Source of the DNA: Thermoanaerobacterales bacterium 50_218
Lineage (GTDB): Bacteria; Bacillota; DSM-12270; Thermacetogeniales; Thermacetogeniaceae
DNA: 64,000 bases
Assembly: GCA_001508855.1 (NCBI GenBank)
Contig: LGFL01000002.1
Location: forward strand, 8,180-72,179
Direction of reading: 5' to 3'
Below are positions 20,040-30,913 of the stretch, one piece after another. Every line of letters starts with the position of its first letter. Within the stretch, counting starts at the first letter, position 1. Below the pieces are notes generated by a model. The model had not been told where the DNA came from. It worked only from the letters and a program-made list of their open reading frames with translations, and searched no databases. The position numbers were made by a program, and so were the translations under genes.

Positions 20040-20660
20040 TTATTTGAATTTGCTCATCTGAAACACCTTTTTCAGGTCTTCTCTGGTGTTAATGTTAAAG
20101 AAGGTCTCTGCTCCCCCAAAAACTTCCAGTTCCTCTTCGGGAACATAGCGCACCCGCAACAGTTGATAGATAGAAGTCACCTTCCTGATCCCTGCTTCTA
20201 ACGTGGACTCAATTACTGAAATGCACGATTTTCGATAAACAGCGCAAAGCGGTTCGGGATAACCGTTAACAACAGGAACCACTATATCATCATCAAGTGT
20301 GGCTCTCTTCACCAGATAAGCACCAAGGTCACCTCTGACAAAAGGCATGTCACAAGCAACGACAAAATTGAGGTCAAAAGGGGAGGTGAAAAGCCCGGCG
20401 TGAATTCCACTCAATGGCCCTTGACAAGGAATTAGATCAGAAACAATTTCTACCCCGAGAGTCTTATATTCCTCAGGTGTGTTAGTGACCAGGATCACCT
20501 TCGGAAAAACCTCTTTAAGGGTAAAAATAATTCGGTCAATGATCCGTTGAGAGGCTAGTTCAACAAAAGCCTTATTCCCTTGGAAGCGCGAGCTTTTACC
20601 ACCTGCCAAAATGATACCCGCAGCCTTCATAACTACAAACCCCGAACGAGGAAATTTCAC
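20040..20660 (-). CDS. mobA: molybdenum cofactor guanylyltransferase
   Basis: Contains the GIILAGGKSSRF motif. The GTG start forms a GTGA overlap with the upstream zinc-ribbon stop. An alternative ATG lies at 20630. Confidence 0.8.
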   Translation of the reverse strand: MKFPRSGFVVMKAAGIILAGGKSSRFQGNKAFVELASQRIIDRIIFTLKEVFPKVILVTNTPEEYKTLGVEIVSDLIPCQGPLSGIHAGLFTSPFDLNFVVACDMPFVRGDLGAYLVKRATLDDDIVVPVVNGYPEPLCAVYRKSCISVIESTLEAGIRKVTSIYQLLRVRYVPEEELEVFGGAETFFNINTREDLKKVFQMSKFK

Positions 20661-20938
20661 TCAGCCTGGCTTTTCTCAAGCTCTGAGAGATCAACCTCGG
20701 GCGGTTTTGTCGGAGAATACTTTCCACACCCAAACCGCTTGGCACTAACACAGTTCCAGGCAAGAGGACAAGCCGGATTGTACTTCTGGGTAATTTTCAC
20801 GTAGTTAAAAGGGCGGAAAAGCTGTTTAACCTCCCTACTACCACACCTAGGGCAAAAAACCTCGCCCTTATCTTTGAGCCTGACCAGTTTGGTGAACTCC
20901 TTTCCACACTGACAGCACTCAAAGCTGTAGACCGGCAT
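20657..20938 (-). CDS. FmdB-family zinc-ribbon protein with Cys-rich tail
   Basis: N-terminus MPVYSFECCQCGKEF...CPRCGS. I place the start at ATG 20938, with GGAGGTG 5 nt upstream. Confidence 0.7.
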   Translation of the reverse strand: MPVYSFECCQCGKEFTKLVRLKDKGEVFCPRCGSREVKQLFRPFNYVKITQKYNPACPLAWNCVSAKRFGCGKYSPTKPPEVDLSELEKSQAE

Positions 20939-20967
20939 CTGAACACCTCCCCCCAAAATCCAAAGCA

Positions 20968-23058
20968 CTACCTTTGTTGTTCAGCCTTGGAGAGTATTTC
21001 TCCAAAGACTTCCCCCAGATTGAGGCCAACACTGACATTCGAAGACTGATTCTTCTTCTCTTCGACACGAGCATCCCTGATGCTTAGGCTGATTCTTCGC
21101 TCATCTTTATTCACATCCAGGACCTTCACCTTAACCTCTTGCCCTACTGAGAGTACGTCTTCCGGTTTTCCTACTCGATGATCAGCGATCCGAGAGATGT
21201 GGACCAATCCCTCGACACCTGGTTCCAACTCAACAAAAGCCCCGAAGGAAACCAAGCGCACCACTTTTCCGGTAATGATGTCACCTGGATGGTAGTGCTC
21301 ATCAACGGTTGTCCAGGGGTCAGGCTGGGTTCTCTTCAAACTGAGGGAAATACGCTTGTTCTCTTTATCTACAGAGATTACGTAGACTTCCACCTGATCA
21401 CCCTCCTGAACGACCTCAGAAGGGTGATTGATTCTGCCCCAGGACATTTCCGAGATATGAAGCAAACCGTCGACTCCACCAAGGTCGACAAAAGCCCCAA
21501 AACTCGTCAGGTGGCGGACAACACCTTTTCTGACCTCTCCAGGCTGGATGTTTTCCCAGAACTCCTTCTGGGCACGCTCATACTCCTCCTGGAGAATCGC
21601 TTTCTGGGAAAGAACCACCCTTCCTTTGTTCCGGTCAAACTCAATAACCCGCAAACGCAGGTTTTTCCCCAAGTATTTCTCCAGGTCAGGGACATACCCC
21701 CTCTCGATCAAGGAAGCAGGAACAAATCCCCGGATTCCCATGACATCGACGAGCAAACCGCCCTTAACTACTTTGACCACTTCGCCACTCAGTTCGGTTT
21801 TCTCATCAAGAGCCTTCTCCAAGAGGTCAAGTGCCCGCAGCCGATCCGCTCGCCTTTTGGAAAGAAGCAACTGCCCTTCGTCATTATCAACCCGTAAAAC
21901 GACGACCTCAATAGTATCGCCAACACTAACTACTTCCTGTGGGTGGTTGATGTTTTTCTGTGAGAGTTCCCGAAGAGGAATGACCCCCTCCGATTTTCCC
22001 CCAATGTCCAGTAAAACTTCGTCATCTCCAACCTGGACAACTGTTCCTGAAATCAGATCTCCTCTCTGAATCTGGCGCGGGGCACTGCTGAGTTCCAGAT
22101 TCATCAGTTCTTCCTGCCCAGGTTCTAGCGTTTTCTCTTCCCCCGAATCAGGTGAACCACTCTCCACAGGGGTAACCACCTGGGGGCCCACAGTTACCTC
22201 CTCTTCTGTGGTTTTGCGGACTTCGTCATCAAACATCATCATCTTCTCAATTACCTCCTCAATTATCCAATCTGGGGTCGAGGCCCCAGCAGTTACCCCA
22301 ACTACACGAACTCCTTTAAACATCTGCTCGTTTAGTTCTTTACTCGTCTCAATGTGGTAGGTGGGAACAATCTCCTGGCAAATCCTCGCCAGTTGGCATG
22401 TGTTAGCACTGTTTCTCCCACCGATGACGAGCATTAAATCGACATTTCTGGCAATCTCTCGCGCCTCTTTCTGACGAGCCTGGCTTGCCTTGCAAATCGT
22501 TTCGTAGATACGCAACTCGTATGCCTTACCCAGCAAACTTCTGACAACCTCATAAAACTTCTCAGGCGATAATGTCGTCTGGGCAAGAACGGCAATTTTA
22601 TGACAGTTCCTCAAATCTTCCACTTCTTGAGAATCACTGACGACAATTGCCGAAGATCCCGCCCATCCCACAATACCTTTAACTTCAGGATGCTCGGCAT
22701 CTCCGACAACGACCACCTGATATCCTGCCTTTCCCAATTCGGCAGCATGTTGCTGAACCCTACGCACAAAAGGACAAGTAGCATCAAGAAGCTTTATCCC
22801 TTGTTTTTCCGCACTTTCGAGAACTTGAGGAGCAGCACCGTGGGATCTGATCAGCACCGGCCTGTCCCCTTCTGTTTCCGAAAGATCTCCAATAACCTTG
22901 ACTCCCCTTTTTTCCAACGCCTCAACAACTTGAGGATTGTGGATAAGGGGGCCCAGCGAATAAATACCACCATACTGCTCAAGAGCCTTTTGAGCAAGAT
23001 TGAGTGCTCTACGGACACCAGAGCAAAAACCTGCTGATTTTGCCAAAACAACTCTCAA
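20968..23058 (-). CDS. ispH: bifunctional 4-hydroxy-3-methylbut-2-enyl diphosphate reductase / ribosomal protein S1-domain fusion
   Basis: The N-terminal ~280 aa are IspH/LytB-like ([14 protein letters not shown]). The C-terminal half has four S1 repeats (for example SFGAFVDLG and SFGAFVELE). Confidence 0.85.
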   Translation of the reverse strand: MRVVLAKSAGFCSGVRRALNLAQKALEQYGGIYSLGPLIHNPQVVEALEKRGVKVIGDLSETEGDRPVLIRSHGAAPQVLESAEKQGIKLLDATCPFVRRVQQHAAELGKAGYQVVVVGDAEHPEVKGIVGWAGSSAIVVSDSQEVEDLRNCHKIAVLAQTTLSPEKFYEVVRSLLGKAYELRIYETICKASQARQKEAREIARNVDLMLVIGGRNSANTCQLARICQEIVPTYHIETSKELNEQMFKGVRVVGVTAGASTPDWIIEEVIEKMMMFDDEVRKTTEEEVTVGPQVVTPVESGSPDSGEEKTLEPGQEELMNLELSSAPRQIQRGDLISGTVVQVGDDEVLLDIGGKSEGVIPLRELSQKNINHPQEVVSVGDTIEVVVLRVDNDEGQLLLSKRRADRLRALDLLEKALDEKTELSGEVVKVVKGGLLVDVMGIRGFVPASLIERGYVPDLEKYLGKNLRLRVIEFDRNKGRVVLSQKAILQEEYERAQKEFWENIQPGEVRKGVVRHLTSFGAFVDLGGVDGLLHISEMSWGRINHPSEVVQEGDQVEVYVISVDKENKRISLSLKRTQPDPWTTVDEHYHPGDIITGKVVRLVSFGAFVELEPGVEGLVHISRIADHRVGKPEDVLSVGQEVKVKVLDVNKDERRISLSIRDARVEEKKNQSSNVSVGLNLGEVFGEILSKAEQQR

Positions 23059-23143
23059 AATCTACTCTTTTACCCCTTTCTCTCTCGTCGATCCTTATAG
23101 TAAACAATTTTCGGCATCAAAATTCAGATTCCTGCTTCTCTTA

Positions 23144-23728
23144 CTAAAGATCATCGAGCAACTGCCGGATTTTCTCCATGATTTTTTGAGACCCAGATTC
23201 GAGGTCACCATCGAAGCTTCTGTCAAACCTGATCACAGGTCCGATCTTGACGCGAACCTTTCGAAAGAAACCCAGGGAAAAGATTTTTCGAGTGCCCTCC
23301 AGTGCCACTGGACAGACGGGTGCTCCAGTCTTCACGGCAAAATAAGCAGCTCCAGAATAGGGAGCAAGGATCTCACCGGTTTTACTTCTGGTTCCCTCAG
23401 GGAAGATCCCCAAAACGCGTCCATTTTTCAAGATCTCCAGGCCTTTCTTAATCGCTGAACGGTCAGCACGTCTCCGGTCTACAGGAAAGGCTCCCAGCCT
23501 TCTGATCAAGAATCCAAGAACCGGATAGAAAAATAGCTCTTTCTTCGCCATAAAGTGGACCTGACGGGGAAGGGCGCTGCCGACAACGATCGGGTCCCAG
23601 TAGCTGACATGGTTAGCCACAACAATTACGGGCCCTTCCATCGGGAAATTCTCCAGCCCAATAACCTCCCAGCGGCAGAAACAGGCAAACAAAAAACGAA
23701 AAAGAGCCTGGCCGATTCTATAAAGCAC
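23144..23728 (-). CDS. plsC: 1-acyl-sn-glycerol-3-phosphate acyltransferase
   Basis: Contains NHVSYWDP (the HxxxxD motif) and FPEGTRS. I place the start at GTG 23728, with GGAGGGGGA 7 nt upstream. The ORF-track start at 23782 overlaps cmk by 65 nt. Confidence 0.8.
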   Translation of the reverse strand: MLYRIGQALFRFLFACFCRWEVIGLENFPMEGPVIVVANHVSYWDPIVVGSALPRQVHFMAKKELFFYPVLGFLIRRLGAFPVDRRRADRSAIKKGLEILKNGRVLGIFPEGTRSKTGEILAPYSGAAYFAVKTGAPVCPVALEGTRKIFSLGFFRKVRVKIGPVIRFDRSFDGDLESGSQKIMEKIRQLLDDL

Positions 23729-24407
23729 CAGGCCGTCCCCCTCCACAAATCGCCATAATTTTGGCAACAACCTGATCCACACTCAGTGAAGTGCAGTCAA
23801 TAACCACAGCATCTGAAGCAACTTTCAAAGGGCTCGTCTCTCTTTGAAGGTCCATTTGATCCCTGAAGATGATTTCCCGGCGTAGTTCTTCTCTGTTCAC
23901 CTGAATTCCTTTTTCGCGGAGCTCCCGCTCTCTTCTCTCCAGCCGCACTTCAGGGTCAGCAGTAAGAAAGAACTTGTATTCAGCATCAGGAAGGACGACC
24001 GTTCCGATATCCCGTCCTTCCATGACAACCCCACCGCCACGAGCAAGCAGGCGCTGGTAATTTACCAGATGCTCACGCACCTGAGGGACGGCAGCGACTT
24101 TTGCAACGACCTGTGATACTTCTTTTGTCCTGATATGTGGAGTCACATCCTCCCCATTGCACCAGATATTAACCTCTCCTGTTTTAGAATAATAAACGTA
24201 AGAAAACTTGAGCTTTCCCGCCATCACTGCCAGTGCTTCCCGGTCATCGAGATCAAGAGAACTCTTCAGAGCCATGTAAGTTACTGCTCGATACATCGCT
24301 CCTGTGTCAATATAAAAAAAACTCAGTTTTCTCGCTACAATTCTGGCAACAGTGCTTTTACCTGATCCCGCAGGGCCATCAATAGCAATGTTCGGAAGCC
24401 TGGACAC
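23718..24407 (-). CDS. cmk: cytidylate kinase
   Basis: Contains IAIDGPAGSGKSTVAR. Confidence 0.9.
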   Translation of the reverse strand: MSRLPNIAIDGPAGSGKSTVARIVARKLSFFYIDTGAMYRAVTYMALKSSLDLDDREALAVMAGKLKFSYVYYSKTGEVNIWCNGEDVTPHIRTKEVSQVVAKVAAVPQVREHLVNYQRLLARGGGVVMEGRDIGTVVLPDAEYKFFLTADPEVRLERRERELREKGIQVNREELRREIIFRDQMDLQRETSPLKVASDAVVIDCTSLSVDQVVAKIMAICGGGRPGAL

Positions 24408-24489
24408 TGGACATCACACCCCAAGCCGTATTTTATCACAAGCTCATTGGTCGTGTCAGCACCAGGCTGCCTTCACTTCGCAATTGCCC

Positions 24490-25794
24490 TTACTCTAACA
24501 CATCTACGACCGCTCCTAAACTCCGCAATGTGTCAGAAAATCCCGGGAAAGAAACGTCAATACACTCGGCACCCTCAACCACGGTAGGACCAGAAGCAGC
24601 CAATCCAGCAACAGTAAGAGCCATCGCCATGCGGTGATCCCCCCAGGAATGGGTAACTGCGCCCTGGAGAGGTTTTCCGCCTTCGATGACCAGACCATCG
24701 GGTAACTCTCTGACACTTGCTCCCATCTTCCGCAGTTCTGTCGCCAGTGCCCGCAAACGATCTGTCTCCTTAACCCGGAGTTCGCCAGCATCACGAATTT
24801 CAGTTGTTCCTTCAGCATTTACCGCAGCAACCGCCAGAACTGGAATTTCGTCGATCAGCCGGGGAATGCGATCTCCCTTTACTTCTACTCCTCTTAAAGC
24901 CGAAGAAGAGATCTGAATGTCGGCAACAGGTTCATCGCCCCACATCCGTTCGTTAGTAATAACGACCTCTGCACCCATTTCCCGAAGCACTTCGATTATC
25001 CCAGTTCTTGTGGGATTAACCCCAACATCCTTGATTAAAACTTTGCTTTCCGGAAGAATACTCGCAGCCACCATCAAAAAGGCAGCAGAGGAAATGTCTC
25101 CTGGAACGGCAACTTCTCCACCAGATAATTTCCCATCTCCACGAACACTAACAGCAAGCCCTTGAACATCAACCTGAACCCCAAACGAGCGAAGCATTCT
25201 TTCGGTGTGATCCCTCGTAGGAGCAGGCTGAATCACTGTGGTTGTACCCTCTGCATACAAACCGGCCAAAAGAAGGGCTGACTTTACCTGGGCACTCGCC
25301 ACTGGCATCTGGTAACTAATTGGTTTTAGAAAAGGAACCCCTTTTATAGCCAGTGGGGCCTTTGTTCCCCCTTGACGTCCCCAAATTTCGGCACCCATTT
25401 CCTGAAGTGGTCGCACTACTCTCCCCATCGGCCTGCGGCGTAAGGAGCGGTCCCCAGTAATTACGCTGAAAAACCTTTGAGCTACGAGGATCCCCAACAG
25501 GAGGCGCATCGTCGTTCCCGAGTTTCCGGCATCTAAAACATTATCTGGTTCCTGAAAACCGTGTAATCCCTTTCCATTTATCTGGATCTCTCCATCAGCT
25601 TCCTCGATTCCCACCCCGAGAGACCGCAAACAACGGAGAGTACTCAGGCAATCTGCTCCTTTTTGGTAGTTCCTGATCACAGTAACCCCTTCAGCAATCG
25701 CCGCAACTAAAGCCGCCCGATGGGAGATCGACTTATCACCGGGAACTCTACACATCCCTTGAAGTGGTTTTCCTGGCAAGACCTTCAGTTTCAT
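24490..25794 (-). CDS. aroA: 3-phosphoshikimate 1-carboxyvinyltransferase (EPSP synthase)
   Basis: Contains [12 protein letters not shown] place the start at ATG 25794 (MKLKVLPG). Confidence 0.9.
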   Translation of the reverse strand: MKLKVLPGKPLQGMCRVPGDKSISHRAALVAAIAEGVTVIRNYQKGADCLSTLRCLRSLGVGIEEADGEIQINGKGLHGFQEPDNVLDAGNSGTTMRLLLGILVAQRFFSVITGDRSLRRRPMGRVVRPLQEMGAEIWGRQGGTKAPLAIKGVPFLKPISYQMPVASAQVKSALLLAGLYAEGTTTVIQPAPTRDHTERMLRSFGVQVDVQGLAVSVRGDGKLSGGEVAVPGDISSAAFLMVAASILPESKVLIKDVGVNPTRTGIIEVLREMGAEVVITNERMWGDEPVADIQISSSALRGVEVKGDRIPRLIDEIPVLAVAAVNAEGTTEIRDAGELRVKETDRLRALATELRKMGASVRELPDGLVIEGGKPLQGAVTHSWGDHRMAMALTVAGLAASGPTVVEGAECIDVSFPGFSDTLRSLGAVVDVLE

Positions 25795-25859
25795 TTTGAA
25801 CCCCCTCAAGTCTAAGCAAAACCTGACACCAGAAAGGGTGCCATGATGACTTGGTTTCC

Positions 25860-26960
25860 TTAGCGTCTCTTAACAATAATGCCTGCTTGGCGAAGGGCGT
25901 GATAAGCAGCAATTGCCTCTTCCTCGCTGGCAAATGCCAGTCTGATCGAACCGCCTTCACCCTCTCTTACCCGGAGGATTTCGATATCAATGATATTGAT
26001 CCCTCTATCGCCCAAAATCCCTGCCACTTCGGCTATCGTCCCAGGACGGTCAGGAACAGTTACTACTACTTCATGAACGGCAGGAAGAAATCCCCTGAGT
26101 TTGAAAGGTATTTTCTGGCGTTCTGCTCGTGCTTTTTCCATTACCCCAACAAATGCCTCGAAATCTCCCTCTTCCAAGAGATGTTCGAAGTGACTGAGAA
26201 TCTTCCGGAACAGTCTGCTCGCTCGCAAAATATAATGGCAATTGCTTTGGTAAATATCTCTCCACATTCGGGGGTGTCCAGCAGCGATCCTGGTCACATC
26301 ACGAAACCCACCTGCTGCCAGCAGAAAAGTCGCCGGATGTTCACCGGCAAAATCTCCCACCTGGTTCATCAAGGTAACAGCCAGAAGGTGAGGAAGGTGA
26401 CTAACTGCTGCCACAATCAGGTCGTGTTCCTGGGGGGTGAGGTAAATAACTCGGGCACCGGTCTCCTCAACAATGTTTTTTACCCTTTCAACTGCCTTCC
26501 GTTCCGTATTCTGCGTTGGAGTCAACACATAAATGGAGTTTTCAAAAAGGTACTCGTCAGCACCTTTGATCCCCGCCAGTTCTGAACCAGTCATCGGATG
26601 GCCACCAACAAACCGACCCTGAAAGACCTTCTCGAGTTCGGTAACAACAGTCTCCTTCGTACTCCCGACATCAGTAACAACCGTATCTTGGCCGATCTTC
26701 CCCCTTATTTCCCTGGCAACCCTAATAATCTCCCCAATGGGAACAGCGAGAAACACCACTCTGGCCTCATGAACCGCCTCCAGGTAGTCATGGGTCCCCT
26801 CAGAAATCGCACCTGTTTCTCTGGCTATCTGCAATGTTTCCCGATCCTGATCAACACCGATGACGTGGTACTTCCCTGTCGCCGAAAGAGCCATCCCCAG
26901 GGAACCACCAATGACACCAAGTCCAATAATGGTGATTTTCTCTTTTTCCACAAGGCTCAC
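25860..26960 (-). CDS. tyrA: prephenate dehydrogenase with C-terminal ACT domain
   Basis: Contains the [12 protein letters not shown] Rossmann motif. The 366-aa ORF lies within the aro operon. Confidence 0.85.
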   Translation of the reverse strand: MSLVEKEKITIIGLGVIGGSLGMALSATGKYHVIGVDQDRETLQIARETGAISEGTHDYLEAVHEARVVFLAVPIGEIIRVAREIRGKIGQDTVVTDVGSTKETVVTELEKVFQGRFVGGHPMTGSELAGIKGADEYLFENSIYVLTPTQNTERKAVERVKNIVEETGARVIYLTPQEHDLIVAAVSHLPHLLAVTLMNQVGDFAGEHPATFLLAAGGFRDVTRIAAGHPRMWRDIYQSNCHYILRASRLFRKILSHFEHLLEEGDFEAFVGVMEKARAERQKIPFKLRGFLPAVHEVVVTVPDRPGTIAEVAGILGDRGINIIDIEILRVREGEGGSIRLAFASEEEAIAAYHALRQAGIIVKRR

Positions 26961-26963
26961 CTC

Positions 26964-27809
26964 TTAACAGTCGACCCCTGGCGCGCAAGGATAGGAACCC
27001 AGAACCTTGAGCATTGCCGTCTTTTGCTTCAATTTTTCTAGAACTTCTCGCAGTGGAGGAAGAGCGGCATGGCCGAGACAATCCAGAAAAAAGATATAAT
27101 CGCCAAGCTCCTTTTTTGCTGGACGGGATTCGATCTTCGTAAGGTTGACTGCCGCCTCAGCAAATACTCCTAACACATGGTAAAGCCCACCGGGACGATC
27201 CTCGGGCAAGGCAAAAACAAGAGACGTCTTATCATTACCCGAAGGTGGAGCGGCTTCTCGTGAAAGCACGAGGAACCTGGTTTTGTTCAAGGGGTTATCC
27301 TGAATATCAGAAACCAGAACCTCAAGGCCATACTCCTTTGCTGCTTCTTCCCCACCTATCGCCACCCACCCAGGAGGCGCTGTGCTCACCACCCTGGCAG
27401 CCTCGGCAGTACTGGAAGCAAACCGCACTTCTACTTGCGAACCGATGTTTTTGCTGATGTACTGGTAGCACTGGGCGAAGGCCTGGGGGTGGGTTACCAG
27501 AACACCGAGCTTCTCACACCCTGGCTTACCTAGCAAGTGATGCTTGACAGTAAGCACAACTTCTCCGAAAATGACGACCTCCGAATTCTGGGCCAGCATG
27601 TCGAGAGTGACGTTCACAGAACCTTCTAGGGAGTTTTCGACAGGTACAACTCCAAAATCAACCTCTTTCCTTAATACTGCCAGAATTGCCTCGGGAATCG
27701 AAGGATAAGGGCGAAACTGGGCATCTGGCAACTTGATTCTGTGAGCAAAAATCTTGGCTGCCTTCGCCGAAAATGTCCCAGGTGGGCCCAGGTAGCTGAA
27801 AATTTTCAC
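26964..27809 (-). CDS. pheA: prephenate dehydratase
   Basis: Contains [16 protein letters not shown] and IESRPAKK. Its start overlaps the aroF stop as ATGA. Confidence 0.85.
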   Translation of the reverse strand: MKIFSYLGPPGTFSAKAAKIFAHRIKLPDAQFRPYPSIPEAILAVLRKEVDFGVVPVENSLEGSVNVTLDMLAQNSEVVIFGEVVLTVKHHLLGKPGCEKLGVLVTHPQAFAQCYQYISKNIGSQVEVRFASSTAEAARVVSTAPPGWVAIGGEEAAKEYGLEVLVSDIQDNPLNKTRFLVLSREAAPPSGNDKTSLVFALPEDRPGGLYHVLGVFAEAAVNLTKIESRPAKKELGDYIFFLDCLGHAALPPLREVLEKLKQKTAMLKVLGSYPCAPGVDC

Positions 27810-28855
27810 GCTCCCTGCTCCTTCCGCATAGCTCCATTAGAAGCCAATGCTCTCCCAACCGCAGCAGCAACATCCCGAACAGCTTTGACGAGATGACTGA
27901 ACTTTTCTGGAGTCAGGGACTGCTGCCCATCAGAAAGAGCCTCACTAGGACAGGGGTGCACCTCCACTATGATCCCATCGGCGCCAGCAGCTATCGCTGC
28001 CCGTGACATCGGCTCGACAAGCCACCACTTACCCGTCCCATGGCTGGGATCGGCAATTACCGGTAAGTGAGACAACCGCTTCACCACTGGTATCGCACTC
28101 AGGTCAAGGGTGTTCCGGGTGTAGGGCTCAAAAGTGCGTATCCCGCGCTCACACAAGATCACCTGATGATTGCCCCCAAGCACAATGTACTCTGCAGCCA
28201 TCAGCCATTCTTCAATTGTAGCCGCAAGACCTCGCTTCAGAAGCACAGGCTTGTTGACCTTTGCCACTTCCCGCAGCAAGAAAAAGTTCTGCATATTGCG
28301 TGCCCCGATCTGGAGGACATCTGCATAAGCCGCCACAAGGGGTACCTGTCGCGGGTCCATCACCTCGGTAACCACCAGAAGCCCTGTTTTCTGACGCGCC
28401 TCAGCGAGGATTTCCAGACCTTTTTCTTCAAGCCCCTGGAAGGAGTACGGAGATGTTCGCGGTTTAAAAGCACCACCACGCAGGAAATTCGCTCCTGCTT
28501 CTTTTACCGCATAAGCAGTTTCCAGTAACTGTTCTCTGCTTTCTACGGCACAGGGACCAGCAATAATCTGGATCTCCTCGGCCCCAAGAAGGTGCGGGCC
28601 AATTTTGATCACAGTATCTGTTTCCTGAAATTCCCTGCTCACGAGCTTGAAAGGACTCAATACAGGAATCACTTTTTCCACCTTGGGGTGAGCTTCCAGG
28701 GAGAGATTAAGAGCGCGTGTGCGGTCTCCGATAACTCCAATAATCGTCCTGGAAACCCCCTGGGAAATGTGAACAGAAAAACCCTCTTCAAGCAATTTCT
28801 GCTGAAGAGCACGAATCTCCTCTTCTGTTGCCGAAGAGTCCATAACAATAATCAT
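27806..28855 (-). CDS. aroF: 3-deoxy-7-phosphoheptulonate (DAHP) synthase, type I-beta with N-terminal regulatory domain
   Basis: Contains IAGPCAVES and an N-terminal ferredoxin-like ~70 aa. ATG 28855 is preferred over TTG 28858. Confidence 0.85.
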   Translation of the reverse strand: MIIVMDSSATEEEIRALQQKLLEEGFSVHISQGVSRTIIGVIGDRTRALNLSLEAHPKVEKVIPVLSPFKLVSREFQETDTVIKIGPHLLGAEEIQIIAGPCAVESREQLLETAYAVKEAGANFLRGGAFKPRTSPYSFQGLEEKGLEILAEARQKTGLLVVTEVMDPRQVPLVAAYADVLQIGARNMQNFFLLREVAKVNKPVLLKRGLAATIEEWLMAAEYIVLGGNHQVILCERGIRTFEPYTRNTLDLSAIPVVKRLSHLPVIADPSHGTGKWWLVEPMSRAAIAAGADGIIVEVHPCPSEALSDGQQSLTPEKFSHLVKAVRDVAAAVGRALASNGAMRKEQGA

Positions 28856-28891
28856 CAACCAACCCCCCTGTTTCGCGGCAGCACGTGGAAG

Positions 28892-28920
28892 GCAAAAGGG
28901 TACCCCGCCAAGGAGTACCC
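28892..28920 (-). terminator. leader terminator/attenuator hairpin upstream of aroF
   Basis: The minus strand reads GGGTAC-tccttggcg-GGTACCC followed by TTTT, 35 nt before the aroF start and about 110 nt after the predicted promoter. Confidence 0.45.
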
Positions 28921-29036
28921 TCTTTGTTCTCGTCCTCCTCCCTGCCGTTCTGCCGTCCTTCTTCTAGTGAAAATTTTTGACCAGCCTTTTGATTAGCCTA
29001 CCGTCCTTCCGAAATCCAGCCGAAAGGATTTTCTTT

Positions 29037-29065
29037 ATTCTACCACAGAGTGCAACAAACCGCAA
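29037..29065 (-). promoter_or_regulatory. sigma-A-type promoter of the aro operon (TTGCGG-17-TGgTAGAAT, extended -10)
   Basis: -35 at 29060-29065, 17-nt spacer, TG-n-TAGAAT with the hexamer at 29037-29042. Confidence 0.5.
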
Positions 29066-29079
29066 TACACGACTGAGGG

Positions 29080-30411
29080 CTAAAATTGTTTCAGAGCCAG
29101 TTCCGCCGCATTGACTAAAGGATAGGCAAGAGGAGAAGCAGTCAAAGCTGGGTGAGTTCCCATCTGGAAGACGGCAATTTCATCGGCCTTGGCACCGTAT
29201 TGGATCATTGCTGCGATGACATTGACAAGTTCTCCAACACTCTCTCCACAACACACCTGTCCTCCGATCAGTGCCCCGGTGCGCCTCTTGAAAATCAGGG
29301 TAACCTTCAGTGGGGCAACCCCAGGCATGCCTCCAGGATGCCTGTTGACAGTTTCCGCTTTTCCTACCACAAAATCGATACCCTCACTTTTTGCCCGTTG
29401 CTCACTGTATCCAGCCATCCCTACAGCAACATCAGCAACTTTCGTGGAAAAGACACCAATGGTTCCCCGATTCTCCCTGCGCAACCGGAAGACATTAGCT
29501 CCAGCAATCCTTCCTTCAGCAGTTGCTATTGAGGCCAACCGCAAAGGAGAAGGTATTCCTGTAAGGAAGTCAAACTTCTCGGCACAGTCTCCCACCGCGA
29601 AAACGTCTTTCTGACTCGTTCTCATATACCGGTCGACCCAGATACCGCCTCTTTCTCCAATCTTGAGCCCGGCCTCCTGAGCCAAAGCTACATTCGGTCT
29701 GACACCAATGGCCAAGATGACCATGTCTGCTGGCAAATGATCACCGTTTTCCAGGAGGACACGTTCTACCTTTTTGTCACCTTCAATTGCCCTTACCTTT
29801 GTGCTGGTGCGGATTTCTACACCAACTTTGGTCAATTCTTCTTCCACTTTTTTGCACAATTCCTCATCAAAAACCTGGTACAAACAATGCGGCAACACTT
29901 CAACAACTGTCACCTTGCATCCCGTTTTCCTGAATTCATCAGCCATCTCCAGCCCGATAAACCCTCCACCGATGATCACGACCTGTTTTGCTTCTTTTAG
30001 TCTTTCCTGGATTTGTTTGAGGTAAGCCACGTCTTTCTTGACAACGAACACGTTTTCGAGGTCTGCTCCAGGAATCGGGGGTACCAGTGGCTGAGAACCG
30101 GTCGCCAGAATCAGCTTGTCAAATTTCAGTTCTCTGCCTCCTGCCGTCTTTACCGCCTTTCCTGAAAAGTCCAATGAAGTCACTTCATCGACGATCAGTT
30201 GGACTCCATTCTGGGTAAGGATTCCATCAGGAATCAAGTTGTTTTCAGGCGCCCCCAATGTTCCAAAAATGTAAGGAATACCACAAGGAACTAGCACCTG
30301 CTCTTCTTTTCTCACGAGGACCACATCAGCGTCTGGATAGTGCCTTTTCACCGCAACTGCAGAAGCAATCCCACCAGCACTACCACCTACTACCAACACA
30401 CTCCCCTGCAT
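29080..30411 (-). CDS. FAD-dependent pyridine nucleotide-disulfide oxidoreductase (NADH oxidase / CoA-disulfide reductase-like)
   Basis: Contains VLVVGGSAGG (FAD fold), a single redox Cys in VPCGIPY, and a second GGGFIGLE dinucleotide fold. Confidence 0.75.
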   Translation of the reverse strand: MQGSVLVVGGSAGGIASAVAVKRHYPDADVVLVRKEEQVLVPCGIPYIFGTLGAPENNLIPDGILTQNGVQLIVDEVTSLDFSGKAVKTAGGRELKFDKLILATGSQPLVPPIPGADLENVFVVKKDVAYLKQIQERLKEAKQVVIIGGGFIGLEMADEFRKTGCKVTVVEVLPHCLYQVFDEELCKKVEEELTKVGVEIRTSTKVRAIEGDKKVERVLLENGDHLPADMVILAIGVRPNVALAQEAGLKIGERGGIWVDRYMRTSQKDVFAVGDCAEKFDFLTGIPSPLRLASIATAEGRIAGANVFRLRRENRGTIGVFSTKVADVAVGMAGYSEQRAKSEGIDFVVGKAETVNRHPGGMPGVAPLKVTLIFKRRTGALIGGQVCCGESVGELVNVIAAMIQYGAKADEIAVFQMGTHPALTASPLAYPLVNAAELALKQF

Positions 30412-30444
30412 TTTATCCCTCCTCGTTAATTGTAAAAAAACAAA

Positions 30445-30702
30445 TTATTGCTCACAGGGTGGTTTATCACAGGGAACCTCCCTGCCACAACACGGACTCT
30501 CTATACCGCAACGCGTGCCCGATTCACTATTCCAGCTGGTAGTAAAACCAGAACCTTTGTAGATAACTCCTGCACCAGAGCCCAAAAGCCTCCTCACTGC
30601 ACCTCCACAAACAGGGCAAACCTTTACCGGTTCCTCGGTAATCTTTTGGAAGCGTTCGAAGCGGTGTCCACAATCCAAACATTCATACTCATATGTGGGC
30701 AC
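30445..30702 (-). CDS. FmdB-family zinc-ribbon protein with Cys-rich tail
   Basis: N-terminus MPTYEYECLDCGHRF...CPVCGG (GTG start), with the tail TRCGIESPCCGREVPCDKPPC. Confidence 0.7.
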   Translation of the reverse strand: MPTYEYECLDCGHRFERFQKITEEPVKVCPVCGGAVRRLLGSGAGVIYKGSGFTTSWNSESGTRCGIESPCCGREVPCDKPPCEQ

Positions 30703-30855
30703 ATTCCCACCCCCTACAGCAGATTTAGTCCCTTCAGACCATCATTGCTACGCATGAACGGCCCCCTTATCTGACTACAGGGAAGGGGGACTTGTCCTAT
30801 CGCCCCAAATTATAACCCTTTTGATGGCGACAACTACTTTTTTGATAACCTTTTT

Positions 30856-30887
30856 CAACAAAAAAGCGCCGCAAATAAAGCGGCGCT
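30856..30887 (-). terminator. rho-independent terminator after the ferredoxin gene
   Basis: The minus strand reads AGCGCCGC-TTTATTT-GCGGCGCT followed by TTTTTTGTTG. Confidence 0.8.
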
Positions 30888-30913
30888 TCGGAATTTGAGA
30901 CCCACCACTGCTG

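Noticed and set aside
28859-29079. T-box riboswitch or TRAP-binding array in the aroF leader.
   Set aside because: There is no T-box consensus (AAnnnGGGTGGTACCGCG-like) and no Stem I specifier or GA-motif features. The NAG triplets are irregularly spaced rather than 11 repeats with 2-3-nt spacers. I kept the region as an unclassified attenuator finding instead.
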